DNA from: an uncultured Candidatus Saccharibacteria bacterium
Lineage (GTDB): Bacteria > Patescibacteriota > Saccharimonadia > Saccharimonadales > Saccharimonadaceae
DNA: 51,218 nt
NCBI GenBank assembly: GCA_964413835.1
Contig: CAYPTT010000001.1
Coordinates: 1 to 51,218 of the forward strand
Reading direction: 5' to 3'
The notes beneath the pieces were generated by a model. It made no database searches and was not told where the DNA came from. It saw only the letters and a program-made list of their open reading frames with translations. This document shows positions 40,216 through 48,446 of the stretch, piece by piece. The position numbers were made by a program, and so were the translations under genes. How positions within the stretch are numbered: position 1 is the first letter of the stretch; each line of letters opens with the position of its first letter.

Positions 40216-40932
40216 ATGAGGAAATATGAGACGAGAATAGCGTTGGTGATTTTGGTGCTGGGACTGGTGGGGATTATTACATGTGGAGTGATAGGCATTG
40301 GTCAGGCGCAGCGAGAAGTTGTGGCGGTGGCGGAGATAGTAGAATTACCAAAGCCGGAAGTAGCTGGGGGAATGCGGGGTGAAATGGGGATTGATGCTCA
40401 TATTAATGAAGAGACGATTGATCAGTATTTGGGACGTGAGGATGCTGTGTATCGAGATATGCGGATGCTGGTGGACAAAGCAGATTATGAGAGTATCGGG
40501 GGTGATTCGTATTTGTCGGGTTATGTGGAAGGGTTTGAAGTGGTTCCCTACCCGATGTTAGTGAATGTGACAGGGTTGCCAGCAGCGGTAGGTGAAACTT
40601 ATACGGGGGAGACGTTGTTTACTTATGTGCCGGAAAGTGATGAATATCGGGCGAATTATGCAGAGTCGATGGCGATTTTGGAATATTATTTCCCGAAAGA
40701 TAAGGTGATTTTCTTGATGTGTGGTGGGGGTGGATATGCGGGGATGATGAAAAATATGTTGGTGAAATTGGGGTGGGATGAGACGAAAATTTATAACGTG
40801 GGCGGGTATTGGTATTATGATGGTGAGCATAATGTGGAAGTGAAGCGTGAGCTGTCTGGGGGTGAGGTGACTTATGATTTTTGGAAAGTGCCGTATCATG
40901 AGATTAGGTTTGAGGAACTACACAAATTATGA
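40216..40932 (+). CDS. Membrane-anchored rhodanese-like domain protein
   Basis: N-terminal TM helix, YRDMR, PKDKVIFLMCGGGGYA, IYNVGGY. Confidence 0.7.
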   Translation: MRKYETRIALVILVLGLVGIITCGVIGIGQAQREVVAVAEIVELPKPEVAGGMRGEMGIDAHINEETIDQYLGREDAVYRDMRMLVDKADYESIGGDSYLSGYVEGFEVVPYPMLVNVTGLPAAVGETYTGETLFTYVPESDEYRANYAESMAILEYYFPKDKVIFLMCGGGGYAGMMKNMLVKLGWDETKIYNVGGYWYYDGEHNVEVKRELSGGEVTYDFWKVPYHEIRFEELHKL

Positions 40933-41453
40933 AAAAAGTGTGGATAGTTGGGGGAGTGGTAGTAGTATTGATCGCAGTGATATTGGGGGTTGGCTGGGGG
41001 AGCGGTTGGTTTGGCGTTAGTGAAGAATGGGTGGATAGTACGGAATCGGGAGGTTTTGGTGAGGGGATAGAAGAGAGATTTTTCTTGAGTGATGAGGCAG
41101 TGAGTGGTGAAGGTTTGAAGGATATTAGCTCGGCGGAATATGAAAAATTAGTGACGGAAAAGAAGAATTTTTTGGTGCTACTACATATGACGGTGTGTCC
41201 GGCGGAATTTCCTTTGACGGATACAGCAAGGCAATTGGCGAAGGAAGATGGATTGACGATTTTTGCGCTGGATGAAGAAGAGTTTAAGAAGACGGATTTG
41301 GCGGAAGTGGTGAAATATTTGCCGTCGCTTGTGGTGGTACGCGGGGGCGAAGCGGTGGATTTTTTGGACGCGGAAGCGGATGAGGATATGGAAGCTTATA
41401 AGAGTGCGGCGGGGCTGAGAAAGTGGATAGGGAGGATGGTGTTGAATTATTAA
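40929..41453 (+). CDS. Membrane-anchored thioredoxin-like fold protein (single Cys)
   Basis: FLVLLHMTVCP, VKYLPSLVVVRGG; overlaps the upstream gene stop. Confidence 0.6.
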   Translation: MKKVWIVGGVVVVLIAVILGVGWGSGWFGVSEEWVDSTESGGFGEGIEERFFLSDEAVSGEGLKDISSAEYEKLVTEKKNFLVLLHMTVCPAEFPLTDTARQLAKEDGLTIFALDEEEFKKTDLAEVVKYLPSLVVVRGGEAVDFLDAEADEDMEAYKSAAGLRKWIGRMVLNY

Positions 41454-41465
41454 TACAGTCTTTTA

Positions 41466-41598
41466 ATAATCTTTACGTCACTTACTAGCGACTAGGTAAC
41501 GCTCTTTGGAGCGAATCCTCCCTGCGGGAGGCCGTGCTCCAGACCCGCGTTAGCCTGGGGCGGAAGCCCATGTCGTACGTAAGCGACGTAAAGATTAT
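41466..41598. other. Long branched hairpin between convergent genes (ncRNA, repeat or terminator)
   Basis: ataatctttacgtcacttac / gtaagcgacgtaaagattat outer stem, nested GC-rich stems, gggcGGAAgccc side hairpin. Confidence 0.6.
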
Positions 41599-41639
41599 CA
41601 CAATGTCGTATTAACAATTCAAAATTTTGCGGAGTGGGG

Positions 41640-43484
41640 TTAGCGGGCGAGGCAGCGGACGGGAAAACCGTAAATTTGGTTTGTTAGATCTGATGGGAAA
41701 ATGGTGGTCTTGGCGAACTGGAAGCTGTAGATTGCATAATCATTCGGGGCGTTAGGAGATATGGTGGAAGGCCAGAGGAGGTTTGACATGCCTGCAGCGC
41801 GATAGGAGGCGGTCCATGTATTAATCATACCTCCGCGTGTGAGATATATTGGCGCAAGTGCTGGATTTTGGTGTGCGATTTTGTTACCTGAGCCTAATAT
41901 ACCGTTGAGCATTTGGGTGTATGTGTTATTTTCATTTGTATACCATGCACCGAGGGCAGTAGAATTATTTGTGGTGGTGGTATTTTCTGGGTAACCATAT
42001 GCTAACAAGAGTCTGTAAAAACTATTCTTTCTGTCAAACGGGACTCCGGTAACGGTGTTTCGTCCGGTAGTGGGTAGAGACCAGCCCTTTGGGCAGATGG
42101 AATCAGGGGCTTCTTTGAGTTCGCTAGGATCTTGTTCTGCTCCGGTGCTAACTAGTCCACTACCGCTACTGGCAGTGGCAGCATTCCATTGATAATAATT
42201 TCCGATGAGATAGTGGGCGTCGTATTCTTTGGTTTCTTTATTTATAGATAGTGGTCCGGTGTAAGTATATGATTCTATGGCGCCAGTAGATGAATTATAG
42301 TTGGTGCCGGTCCAGATTCCTTCAGGAGTGTTACTTGAATCAAAAGTGGGTTGCCAGTTATTTTTTGCCACATTGATAAAATCAGAACAGTTTTGTTCGA
42401 TGGTTTGACCAATACGCACTGAGTTAAAAGGATCTGTGTTGGTTGAATTAGTAGTTGGTGCTGAGTTGCAGCTTACTCCTCTAGTTGGCGTAGTCAATAC
42501 GTATTCTCCAAGATTCCAGGAATAGCTGGTGGCGCGGTCGATTCCCTTTGGAAAAGTTAACGTTTCTGATATTATTGTGCTTGCTGGTGTCCAAGTATTT
42601 TTACTGTTTAAATCAGTATCCACATTGGTTAGAGTTTGACTGGTTTTGAGGTCTAATGCGAGATTTTGGGTCATCCAGCAGTTGCCGTCGGCGAGTTTGC
42701 TGACCCAGTAGGCTTTGCCGTCGCGCGTGTCGATAAGTTGTTTGGAAACTTCGCTACCCGGTTGACCTTTAATGTCAGTGCCATCGTAAGCGACAGTGTT
42801 GCTGCAGACGGAACTAGTCATGTCTTGCATATAAACTAAGTCAAGGAGGCCAGTAATATAAATAGGATTCGCGATGGCGGAAACAACAAGATTATTGGTA
42901 TATTGACCAGCGGGGAGAGAGGTGTCGATGTTGGCGGCGAGGATTAAATTATATTGATCGGTGCTGGCGGCGAGGCTGGTTTTGGCAACTTGGTTGGCAG
43001 TGAGTGGGACAGGCTGGTAGCTGAGCTGCTGATAAGAAGTGTTGTTTTGATTTTCGGTGAGATGGAAGCCCCAAGTGTTGTGGGTTAAGTTGGTGCCGAG
43101 AGTGTCGGGACTTGTGGCGGTGATTTGAGAATCATTAATCGAGTCGGTGTTTATGAGGGCGTTAGTGTGATCGTTGGTATTGAGATACAAAGTATAGCCG
43201 GTGGGGTGAGTACTATGAACAGTGAGGTGGTTGGTAGCGGCTTGAAAGGTGCCGTTGGCTTGGGGAGTGATGTCGAGAGTGGTGTCTTGATCGAGAGCGA
43301 TAGCTAGGCTGCCGTGAGCTGGAATGTTGGTTTGAAGCTCGGAGGGGGATAGAGTGAGGGCGTTAGTATTGGTACTGATGATTGGGCAAAAAATAATGAA
43401 GAGTAAAGATAGTAAACAAACTAGACTAATTGGACCGAGGAGTTGAGCGTGTGAACGTAATTTAAGATTGGTGTAGTGTTGCAT
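41640..43484 (-). CDS. Secreted FISUMP-family (CLec-fold) protein
   Basis: YMQDM, DTRDGKAY, LADGNCWMTQNL, GNYYQW, SICPKGWSLP, C-terminal YGFPVRCLAR; GGAGG RBS before ATG 43484. Confidence 0.87.
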   Translation of the reverse strand: MQHYTNLKLRSHAQLLGPISLVCLLSLLFIIFCPIISTNTNALTLSPSELQTNIPAHGSLAIALDQDTTLDITPQANGTFQAATNHLTVHSTHPTGYTLYLNTNDHTNALINTDSINDSQITATSPDTLGTNLTHNTWGFHLTENQNNTSYQQLSYQPVPLTANQVAKTSLAASTDQYNLILAANIDTSLPAGQYTNNLVVSAIANPIYITGLLDLVYMQDMTSSVCSNTVAYDGTDIKGQPGSEVSKQLIDTRDGKAYWVSKLADGNCWMTQNLALDLKTSQTLTNVDTDLNSKNTWTPASTIISETLTFPKGIDRATSYSWNLGEYVLTTPTRGVSCNSAPTTNSTNTDPFNSVRIGQTIEQNCSDFINVAKNNWQPTFDSSNTPEGIWTGTNYNSSTGAIESYTYTGPLSINKETKEYDAHYLIGNYYQWNAATASSGSGLVSTGAEQDPSELKEAPDSICPKGWSLPTTGRNTVTGVPFDRKNSFYRLLLAYGYPENTTTTNNSTALGAWYTNENNTYTQMLNGILGSGNKIAHQNPALAPIYLTRGGMINTWTASYRAAGMSNLLWPSTISPNAPNDYAIYSFQFAKTTIFPSDLTNQIYGFPVRCLAR

Positions 43485-43558
43485 GAGACCTCCGTTTGGT
43501 TTAGTTTTGCAACTCGTTGAGGCTTGGGGCGCGGGAGATAAGTGAAGAAAATTCGCAA

Positions 43559-43749
43559 CCAAAAAGGGTGCCACGACGAGTTGAACAAAGCTACCAACAC
43601 GAACCTATATGACAACATATATGAACTTGTTAGGTGTGTCGTGACACCCTGATTATTCAAATATGTTGTCTAAGTTCGCTGGTGTTTTTATTCAAAAATA
43701 CCAAAAAATGCGTGTTGAATTGTAGCTTTGTTCGCTTCTAATTATAGCA
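43559..43749 (-). promoter_or_regulatory. Extended -10 promoter plus structured 5' leader RNA, copy 2
   Basis: TGCTATAAT 43749-43741; perfect 12-bp inverted repeat 43583-43594/43722-43733; gacaacatat/atatgttgtc stem; agggtgtcacgac/gtcgtggcaccct followed by U5. Confidence 0.7.
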
Positions 43750-43784
43750 CAGTTTGTGGAAGCGTAAGCGAATTTTTGTATGGA

Positions 43785-44297
43785 TTATTTGTTGGGATAT
43801 TTGGTGATTTTGACAGTGAGTGGAGATTGGTCGATGGAGTTGAGGAGTGGAGCTGGATGGTCGAGCTTGCCAAGATAAGTGTATTCATAGGGAGTGGTGG
43901 AAGATTCGTAAAAAAGGACTAGGCAATTATCTTCAAAAAGCATGAGATTGCCAGCGGTGACGGATTGGACTTTGGTAGGGTTGTTGGGAAGAGGCTCGGA
44001 GAAATAATAGTATTTCTCGCCGGTGAGGTCGGACATGGTGATTTCGAGAGGGAGTTTTTGGTAGAGGGCGCGTGTGGTAGGATTGTCCTCGAGCGTGATG
44101 AGATAGTCGAGATTATTAGCGGTGAGAACAATACGAGTGGAGAATTCGGGCTCGGGCTCAGCGGTACTAGTAGAACTAGAGGTATTGTAATCTTCGATGT
44201 TGCTGGTGAGTTGGTCGTGGTAGATTTTGAGGGCGACGAAAGGCAGGATGATAATTAACGCTAAAATAATAATAATGAAAATGATTTTTTGGTTCAT
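43785..44297 (-). CDS. Membrane-anchored cyclophilin-like fold protein
   Basis: LEDNPT...LPLEITMSDL..EKYYY, GNLMLF..CLVLFY, YTYLGKL. Confidence 0.8.
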   Translation of the reverse strand: MNQKIIFIIIILALIIILPFVALKIYHDQLTSNIEDYNTSSSTSTAEPEPEFSTRIVLTANNLDYLITLEDNPTTRALYQKLPLEITMSDLTGEKYYYFSEPLPNNPTKVQSVTAGNLMLFEDNCLVLFYESSTTPYEYTYLGKLDHPAPLLNSIDQSPLTVKITKYPNK

Positions 44298-44444
44298 AGG
44301 GATATTTTAACATAAGAGGAGTAATACAGAAAAAGACTAGTTGATTTTGATGTAGTTGAGGTATTTTTTGGATGGCTTGGCGGAGTTGTTTTGGATGTTC
44401 GACTTTTTGGAGTTTGGGGTGAGGTGTGGTATAATGGCTTTGAC

Positions 44445-44537
44445 GGAAGGTTACCCAAGTGGTTGAAGGGGACGGTTTGCTAAATCGTTAGACTGGGGAA
44501 ACCTGGTGCGAGGGTTCGAATCCCTCACCTTCCGCCA
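44445..44537 (+). tRNA. tRNA-Ser(GCT)
   Basis: GGAAGGT/ACCTTCC acceptor stem, G discriminator and encoded CCA; anticodon arm ACGGT-TTGCTAA-ATCGT; long variable arm; GGTTCGAATCC; TGGTATAAT upstream. Confidence 0.96.
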
Positions 44538-44646
44538 TTGTAGCGAAAAATCAAGATACTTTTTCCCTACAATGAACTAAAAGATTCACGGGGCTTATAG
44601 GGAAAAAGCTTTAGTTGGATATGGCTTCGTACTAGATCAGCCAAGT

Positions 44647-44844
44647 TCCTTTGTCCGTGGGGGCGATGTCCATCCCTGGACTGGTTCTACGCGGGATCTA
44701 GGCTGCAGTAGCTCCTACTGGTCTACTACTGCATACCCTGCTGCTTCATATGCCTACTATCAGGCTTTTAATAGCGCTAATGTCTTCCCTTCCTATTACG
44801 GTTACCGTGCCTACGCTTTCTCCGTCCGCTGTCTAGCACTGTAG
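44647..44844 (+). repeat. Orphan CLec/FISUMP C-terminal cassette A (DGR variable-repeat-like)
   Basis: Encodes SFVRGGDVHPWTGSTRDLGCSSSYWSTTAYPAASYAYYQAFNSANVFPSYYGYRAYAFSVRCLAL*. In-frame TAA at 44578-44580 and no ATG/GTG/TTG in between. Colinear with 48249-48446. Confidence 0.85.
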
Positions 44845-44889
44845 GGGGAGGGATAAATAATTAATTGTGCGTTTTCTTGCTTGCGTGAT

Positions 44890-46365
44890 TTATAGCGAGG
44901 GTATAAGGTTTTTGATTGCTTGACTTAGGTTTGCTTTATTTAATTCCCCGTTGGTTTTTAATTCTAGGAAGATTTTTGCAATAGAGTCCTTATACTTATC
45001 GGTTATTTTATATATTTTCATGGAATTATCTGGTTCAGTTAGATCAAGCTTGGAAGATTCTAAGGAAGAACTGATAGCGTGATAGGCGAGGTATATTTTA
45101 TCGTTTTCTGATAATTCATTTTTATATTGCATGAGGTCGATTTCAGTTATTGGTAAGTTCATGTCTTCAGCTAAGGCTTTGGCGTTTTGATAATTAGTAT
45201 TAATTTCACCCTCTCCTAAACCCAGTATCGCGATGCCGCAGGGTTTGGCGTTGATAAGGATTTCATTATAACAGGTAGATGAATATAAATCTTCACCCTT
45301 GTCTTGCGCTCTTTTGATGCCGATACGTTCAATAATTTTAGGAGTCGCTAAGAGTGAACCTTTTTCTGTATTTCTAATGCCCATACCGAAAACATTTGAA
45401 CCTAAATCATATGCGCTCATCATCAATATTTCAGAGTCGTTGGGGTAGATAAAACCAATTTTACTAGTAGTAGATCCGTAAAGTGCGACGAATTCGGAAC
45501 TAATTACGTTGGCGGAAGATTGCTCTGGTCGATTTAATAGTAAAATTGCGTGTGATTTTAAATCATTGCCGGAAATGTTGGAAAATAGCATTCTAAAATG
45601 TTGGTTTTCGTCTATTGTATTTGATAGAGAATTTTGCCAAATTTGTTGAATTATACCTTTATACTTCTTTTCTAGTTTTTTAAGATAACGTTGTTCATCG
45701 TTGTTTAATTTTATGCAGTCTGTTAGGATATCGCTAATTTGATTTTTGTCAAGTAGTTTACGATATTCATCGTTGGTTATTAGGGATTTTAAAGATTCTA
45801 GAGCTAAAAACGCACTCTCTTTACCCCATAAGTTTTCATAGTTATTTTGGATAAAATCGAGGTTTTTGACTTGTTTGGTGAAATTGGTATATTCTGTAGA
45901 GATTTGGGCGTATTCGTCGATGATATTTTGGTCGGTGAGCGAAGTATCGTCTATTTGTTTTTTGAGATCTTGAAGTTCTGGATTCATATCAATAATGTTG
46001 CTTTCGAAGCCATGCTTGAAGCGGATAAGGCCGATGCTTGACGTTAGCTTCTTATAAAGTGGTTTTAAGTTCGTTGAATTGGCCGTTTTGATTTCTTTGA
46101 GAAAACTATAGAAGTAATCCATGTCGTTAAAAAGTTCTTCGCTGGAGCCATATTGGTAACTTTCTTTTATAAAATTATTGAATAATTCTGCTAAATTTTC
46201 TTGGGTTATTTGAACGGTTTCACTATTTAAGTTTTCTGTATATTCATTAAAATCGGGGAATTGCGAAAGTTCATCCCAGCCTGCTGTTGGCTGCGGCGCT
46301 TTATTAGCTTTATTGTTAGAGTCTTTTTCGGAATTAAGTGAATGCGTGGAGTTGGTCTCGTTCAT
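44890..46365 (-). CDS. Hypothetical protein, AT-rich
   Basis: 491-aa ORF with no family recognised; visibly more AT-rich than its neighbours; TGCTATAAT 6 nt before the ATG. Confidence 0.75.
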   Translation of the reverse strand: MNETNSTHSLNSEKDSNNKANKAPQPTAGWDELSQFPDFNEYTENLNSETVQITQENLAELFNNFIKESYQYGSSEELFNDMDYFYSFLKEIKTANSTNLKPLYKKLTSSIGLIRFKHGFESNIIDMNPELQDLKKQIDDTSLTDQNIIDEYAQISTEYTNFTKQVKNLDFIQNNYENLWGKESAFLALESLKSLITNDEYRKLLDKNQISDILTDCIKLNNDEQRYLKKLEKKYKGIIQQIWQNSLSNTIDENQHFRMLFSNISGNDLKSHAILLLNRPEQSSANVISSEFVALYGSTTSKIGFIYPNDSEILMMSAYDLGSNVFGMGIRNTEKGSLLATPKIIERIGIKRAQDKGEDLYSSTCYNEILINAKPCGIAILGLGEGEINTNYQNAKALAEDMNLPITEIDLMQYKNELSENDKIYLAYHAISSSLESSKLDLTEPDNSMKIYKITDKYKDSIAKIFLELKTNGELNKANLSQAIKNLIPSL

Positions 46366-46463
46366 TTTTAAATTATAGCATTAAAAGGGCTTTCCTTTCT
46401 CAAGAAATTATGTATAGCGCTTTTAGTTTTCTTGTTTGGATTTTGTGGTATAATATAGCTATT

Positions 46464-46922
46464 ATGGCAAAGACAATTACTTGGGAGGCGGAAGAATATA
46501 TCGTCCGCGATAAGACGAAATGGTGGTATGTGGGGTTAGTGGCAGTAGGATTGGCTTTGTCGGGAATTGCAGTTTGGATTCAGTCTTGGACATTTTTGGC
46601 GGTGGTGCTCTTAAGTGTGGTGGCGTTGATTGTGTATGCGTTGCGTCCGCCGCGGATTTTGAAATATACTTTGAATAATAAAGGACTGATTGAGGATACG
46701 CGGGAGTATAATTTTGACCAGTTCAAGGCGTTTGGGATTTTGAATGAGAATAATCATTATGCGATTGTGTTGACGCCGCGGAAGCGTTTTTCGCCAAGGT
46801 TGACGGTGTATTTCCCTGCGGCGCAGGGTGAGGAGATTGTGGATGCTTTTGGCGCGAGGTTGCCAATGGAGACGGTGCAATTAGATATGCTGGATAAATT
46901 AATAAAGTTCTTGCGTATTTAG
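46464..46922 (+). CDS. Conserved two-TM hypothetical protein
   Basis: ITWEAEEY...KTKWWY, two TM helices, small C-terminal domain; ATG at 46464 follows TGGTATAAT. Confidence 0.75.
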   Translation: MAKTITWEAEEYIVRDKTKWWYVGLVAVGLALSGIAVWIQSWTFLAVVLLSVVALIVYALRPPRILKYTLNNKGLIEDTREYNFDQFKAFGILNENNHYAIVLTPRKRFSPRLTVYFPAAQGEEIVDAFGARLPMETVQLDMLDKLIKFLRI

Positions 46923-46981
46923 GAAAAGTCCTGTATAATGGGGGTTATATACGTGTAAACAATGGTAAACATTAATAGAAG

Positions 46982-47485
46982 GTGGGAACCGAAATGAATC
47001 AAAATCGTAACAAAGACAACGATTTGCAACGCGCAATCGACGAGATCACCCAGAAGGGTGGTTCTAACAATGGCAAACCAGCTCCGGCTCCGGCCCCAGC
47101 TGCGCCTGCTGGACAGGCTCCGGCGAATATGATGCCGCCAGTGCAGCCAGCGGCGAATACTATGAAATTACCGACTCCGCCGATGCCACAGCCGGCAATG
47201 GCAATGCCTGGTGCGGCGATGGGTGGCTTTGGTCGTGCGATGGGCTATGGTGCGGATATTTCAAAAGTGAAGGAAGCGGCTTTGAAAGAGTTGTTCCCTA
47301 TCATGGATCGTGTAGAAGTTGAACCTGAGAAGCGCTTCTTACTCTATCAGGAAATGTTGAATTCGATGCGGGATAAGGCAGTGATTGCTCCAGCCTATGA
47401 AGCAGCTCGCCAAATTCGTGATGATAAAATTAGGGCGGATTCGTTGTTGTATCTAATCAATAGTATCGACGAAATGTCGCTTTAG
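46982..47485 (+). CDS. Hypothetical protein with Pro/Ala/Met-rich linker and helical C-terminal domain
   Basis: 167-aa ORF; KVKEAALKELFP...AYEAARQI C-terminal domain. Confidence 0.7.
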   Translation: MGTEMNQNRNKDNDLQRAIDEITQKGGSNNGKPAPAPAPAAPAGQAPANMMPPVQPAANTMKLPTPPMPQPAMAMPGAAMGGFGRAMGYGADISKVKEAALKELFPIMDRVEVEPEKRFLLYQEMLNSMRDKAVIAPAYEAARQIRDDKIRADSLLYLINSIDEMSL

Positions 47486-47502
47486 CGAGTTCTCTTGACG
47501 AA

Positions 47503-47792
47503 TTACTTCGTTGAAAGTTCCAGTACGCAGAGGCAGGGCCATAAGCCCAGCCTCTTTGCGTGCTTCACTTTCGCCTCGTACTTCATTCAAGATAATCTCG
47601 TTAAAGTAATTTTCTTTTGCGATTCTCATCTTTGCCTCGAACTATCTCGCTACTAATGCCTTAAAGCGTAATATACGTTCCTCTTGCGTTACTCAATTTT
47701 GCCTTGTATCTCATCTCAACTAACTGCGTTAAAGTGCTTCTATAAGTTCTCATCTTTGCCTCGAACTATCTCGCTACTAATGTTTTAAAGTG
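47503..47792. repeat. Hairpin element followed by degenerate ~62-bp tandem units, including a perfect 36-bp direct repeat
   Basis: ttctcatctttgcctcgaactatctcgctactaatg at 47623-47658 and 47747-47782; related units near 47563 and 47690, each ending ttaaag. Confidence 0.7.
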
Positions 47793-47901
47793 AATATCTT
47801 CGCTTTGTATTTCTTTTAAGATAGTTTTGTTAAATATAATATTATTTCTCCCCTCTATAACTGGCTACGCCATAATCTACTGCGTTTTCTCAAAAATATA
47901 T

Positions 47902-48117
47902 ATTGCTTCCCCTCCCCTCTACTTTGTGCGTAGTGGATATACTAATACTCAAACCTCAAATTTACGTTACTCTGGCAGCGTCAGCTACCTTTGGTCATCA
48001 ACTAGCGAACCACAACCAGAGAATGCCTTCTTTTTATCTTTTGACGACACGGAAACTATAGTCTCAACCACTGGACATCAACGTTTTTATGCTTTCCCCG
48101 TGCGTTATTCTTTTTGA
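47902..48117 (+). pseudogene. Orphan FISUMP/CLec C-terminal fragment, cassette C
   Basis: IASPPLYFVRSGY...YLWSST...AFFLSF...RFYAFPVRYSF* aligns with the last ~70 aa of the full-length paralogues; the upstream part of ORF 47827 is unrelated. Confidence 0.7.
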
Positions 48118-48158
48118 TTCGTAGTAGAAATTAAAGAAAAAACAGATATAAAATATGC

Positions 48159-48187
48159 TTGAACTTGTACATTGCGTACAAGTTCAA
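48159..48187. repeat. Palindrome TTGAACTTGTAC-N5-GTACAAGTTCAA, copy 2
   Basis: ttgaacttgtac-attgc-gtacaagttcaa between convergent cassettes C and B. Confidence 0.7.
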
Positions 48188-48248
48188 AAAAGTTAAGTTA
48201 ATTATTGGTGAAGATTGAGGGTGAGATTTTTAGCTTTATCTCTCCCCC

Positions 48249-48446
48249 CTACAGTGCTAGACAGCGGACGGAGAAAGCAAGGGCCTGATAAGAGCAGTCG
48301 GAGGGGACGACATTAGTATTATTAAAACGCTGAGTATAGGAAAGTGAGGCGCTAGGGTAGGTAGTAGGCGCCCAATAATGGCTAGTATAGCTTAGATGTC
48401 TTGAGGACCCGTACCATGGATAAATGAATCCCCCACGGACAAAGGA
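48249..48446 (-). repeat. Orphan CLec/FISUMP C-terminal cassette B (DGR variable-repeat-like)
   Basis: Encodes SFVRGGFIYPWYGSSRHLSYTSHYWAPTTYPSASLSYTQRFNNTNVVPSDCSYQALAFSVRCLAL*. Begins in the U-tract of a terminator. Same length and ends as cassette A. Confidence 0.85.

Noticed and set aside
47623-47782. 36-bp direct repeat as a CRISPR array
   Set aside because: Only two exact copies; the 88-bp interval is itself a degenerate repeat unit; no cas genes in the window.
44647-48446. A and B as a DGR template/variable repeat pair
   Set aside because: Mismatches are not confined to adenines of either copy, neither is AAY-rich, and no reverse transcriptase is in the window. Both look VR-like.
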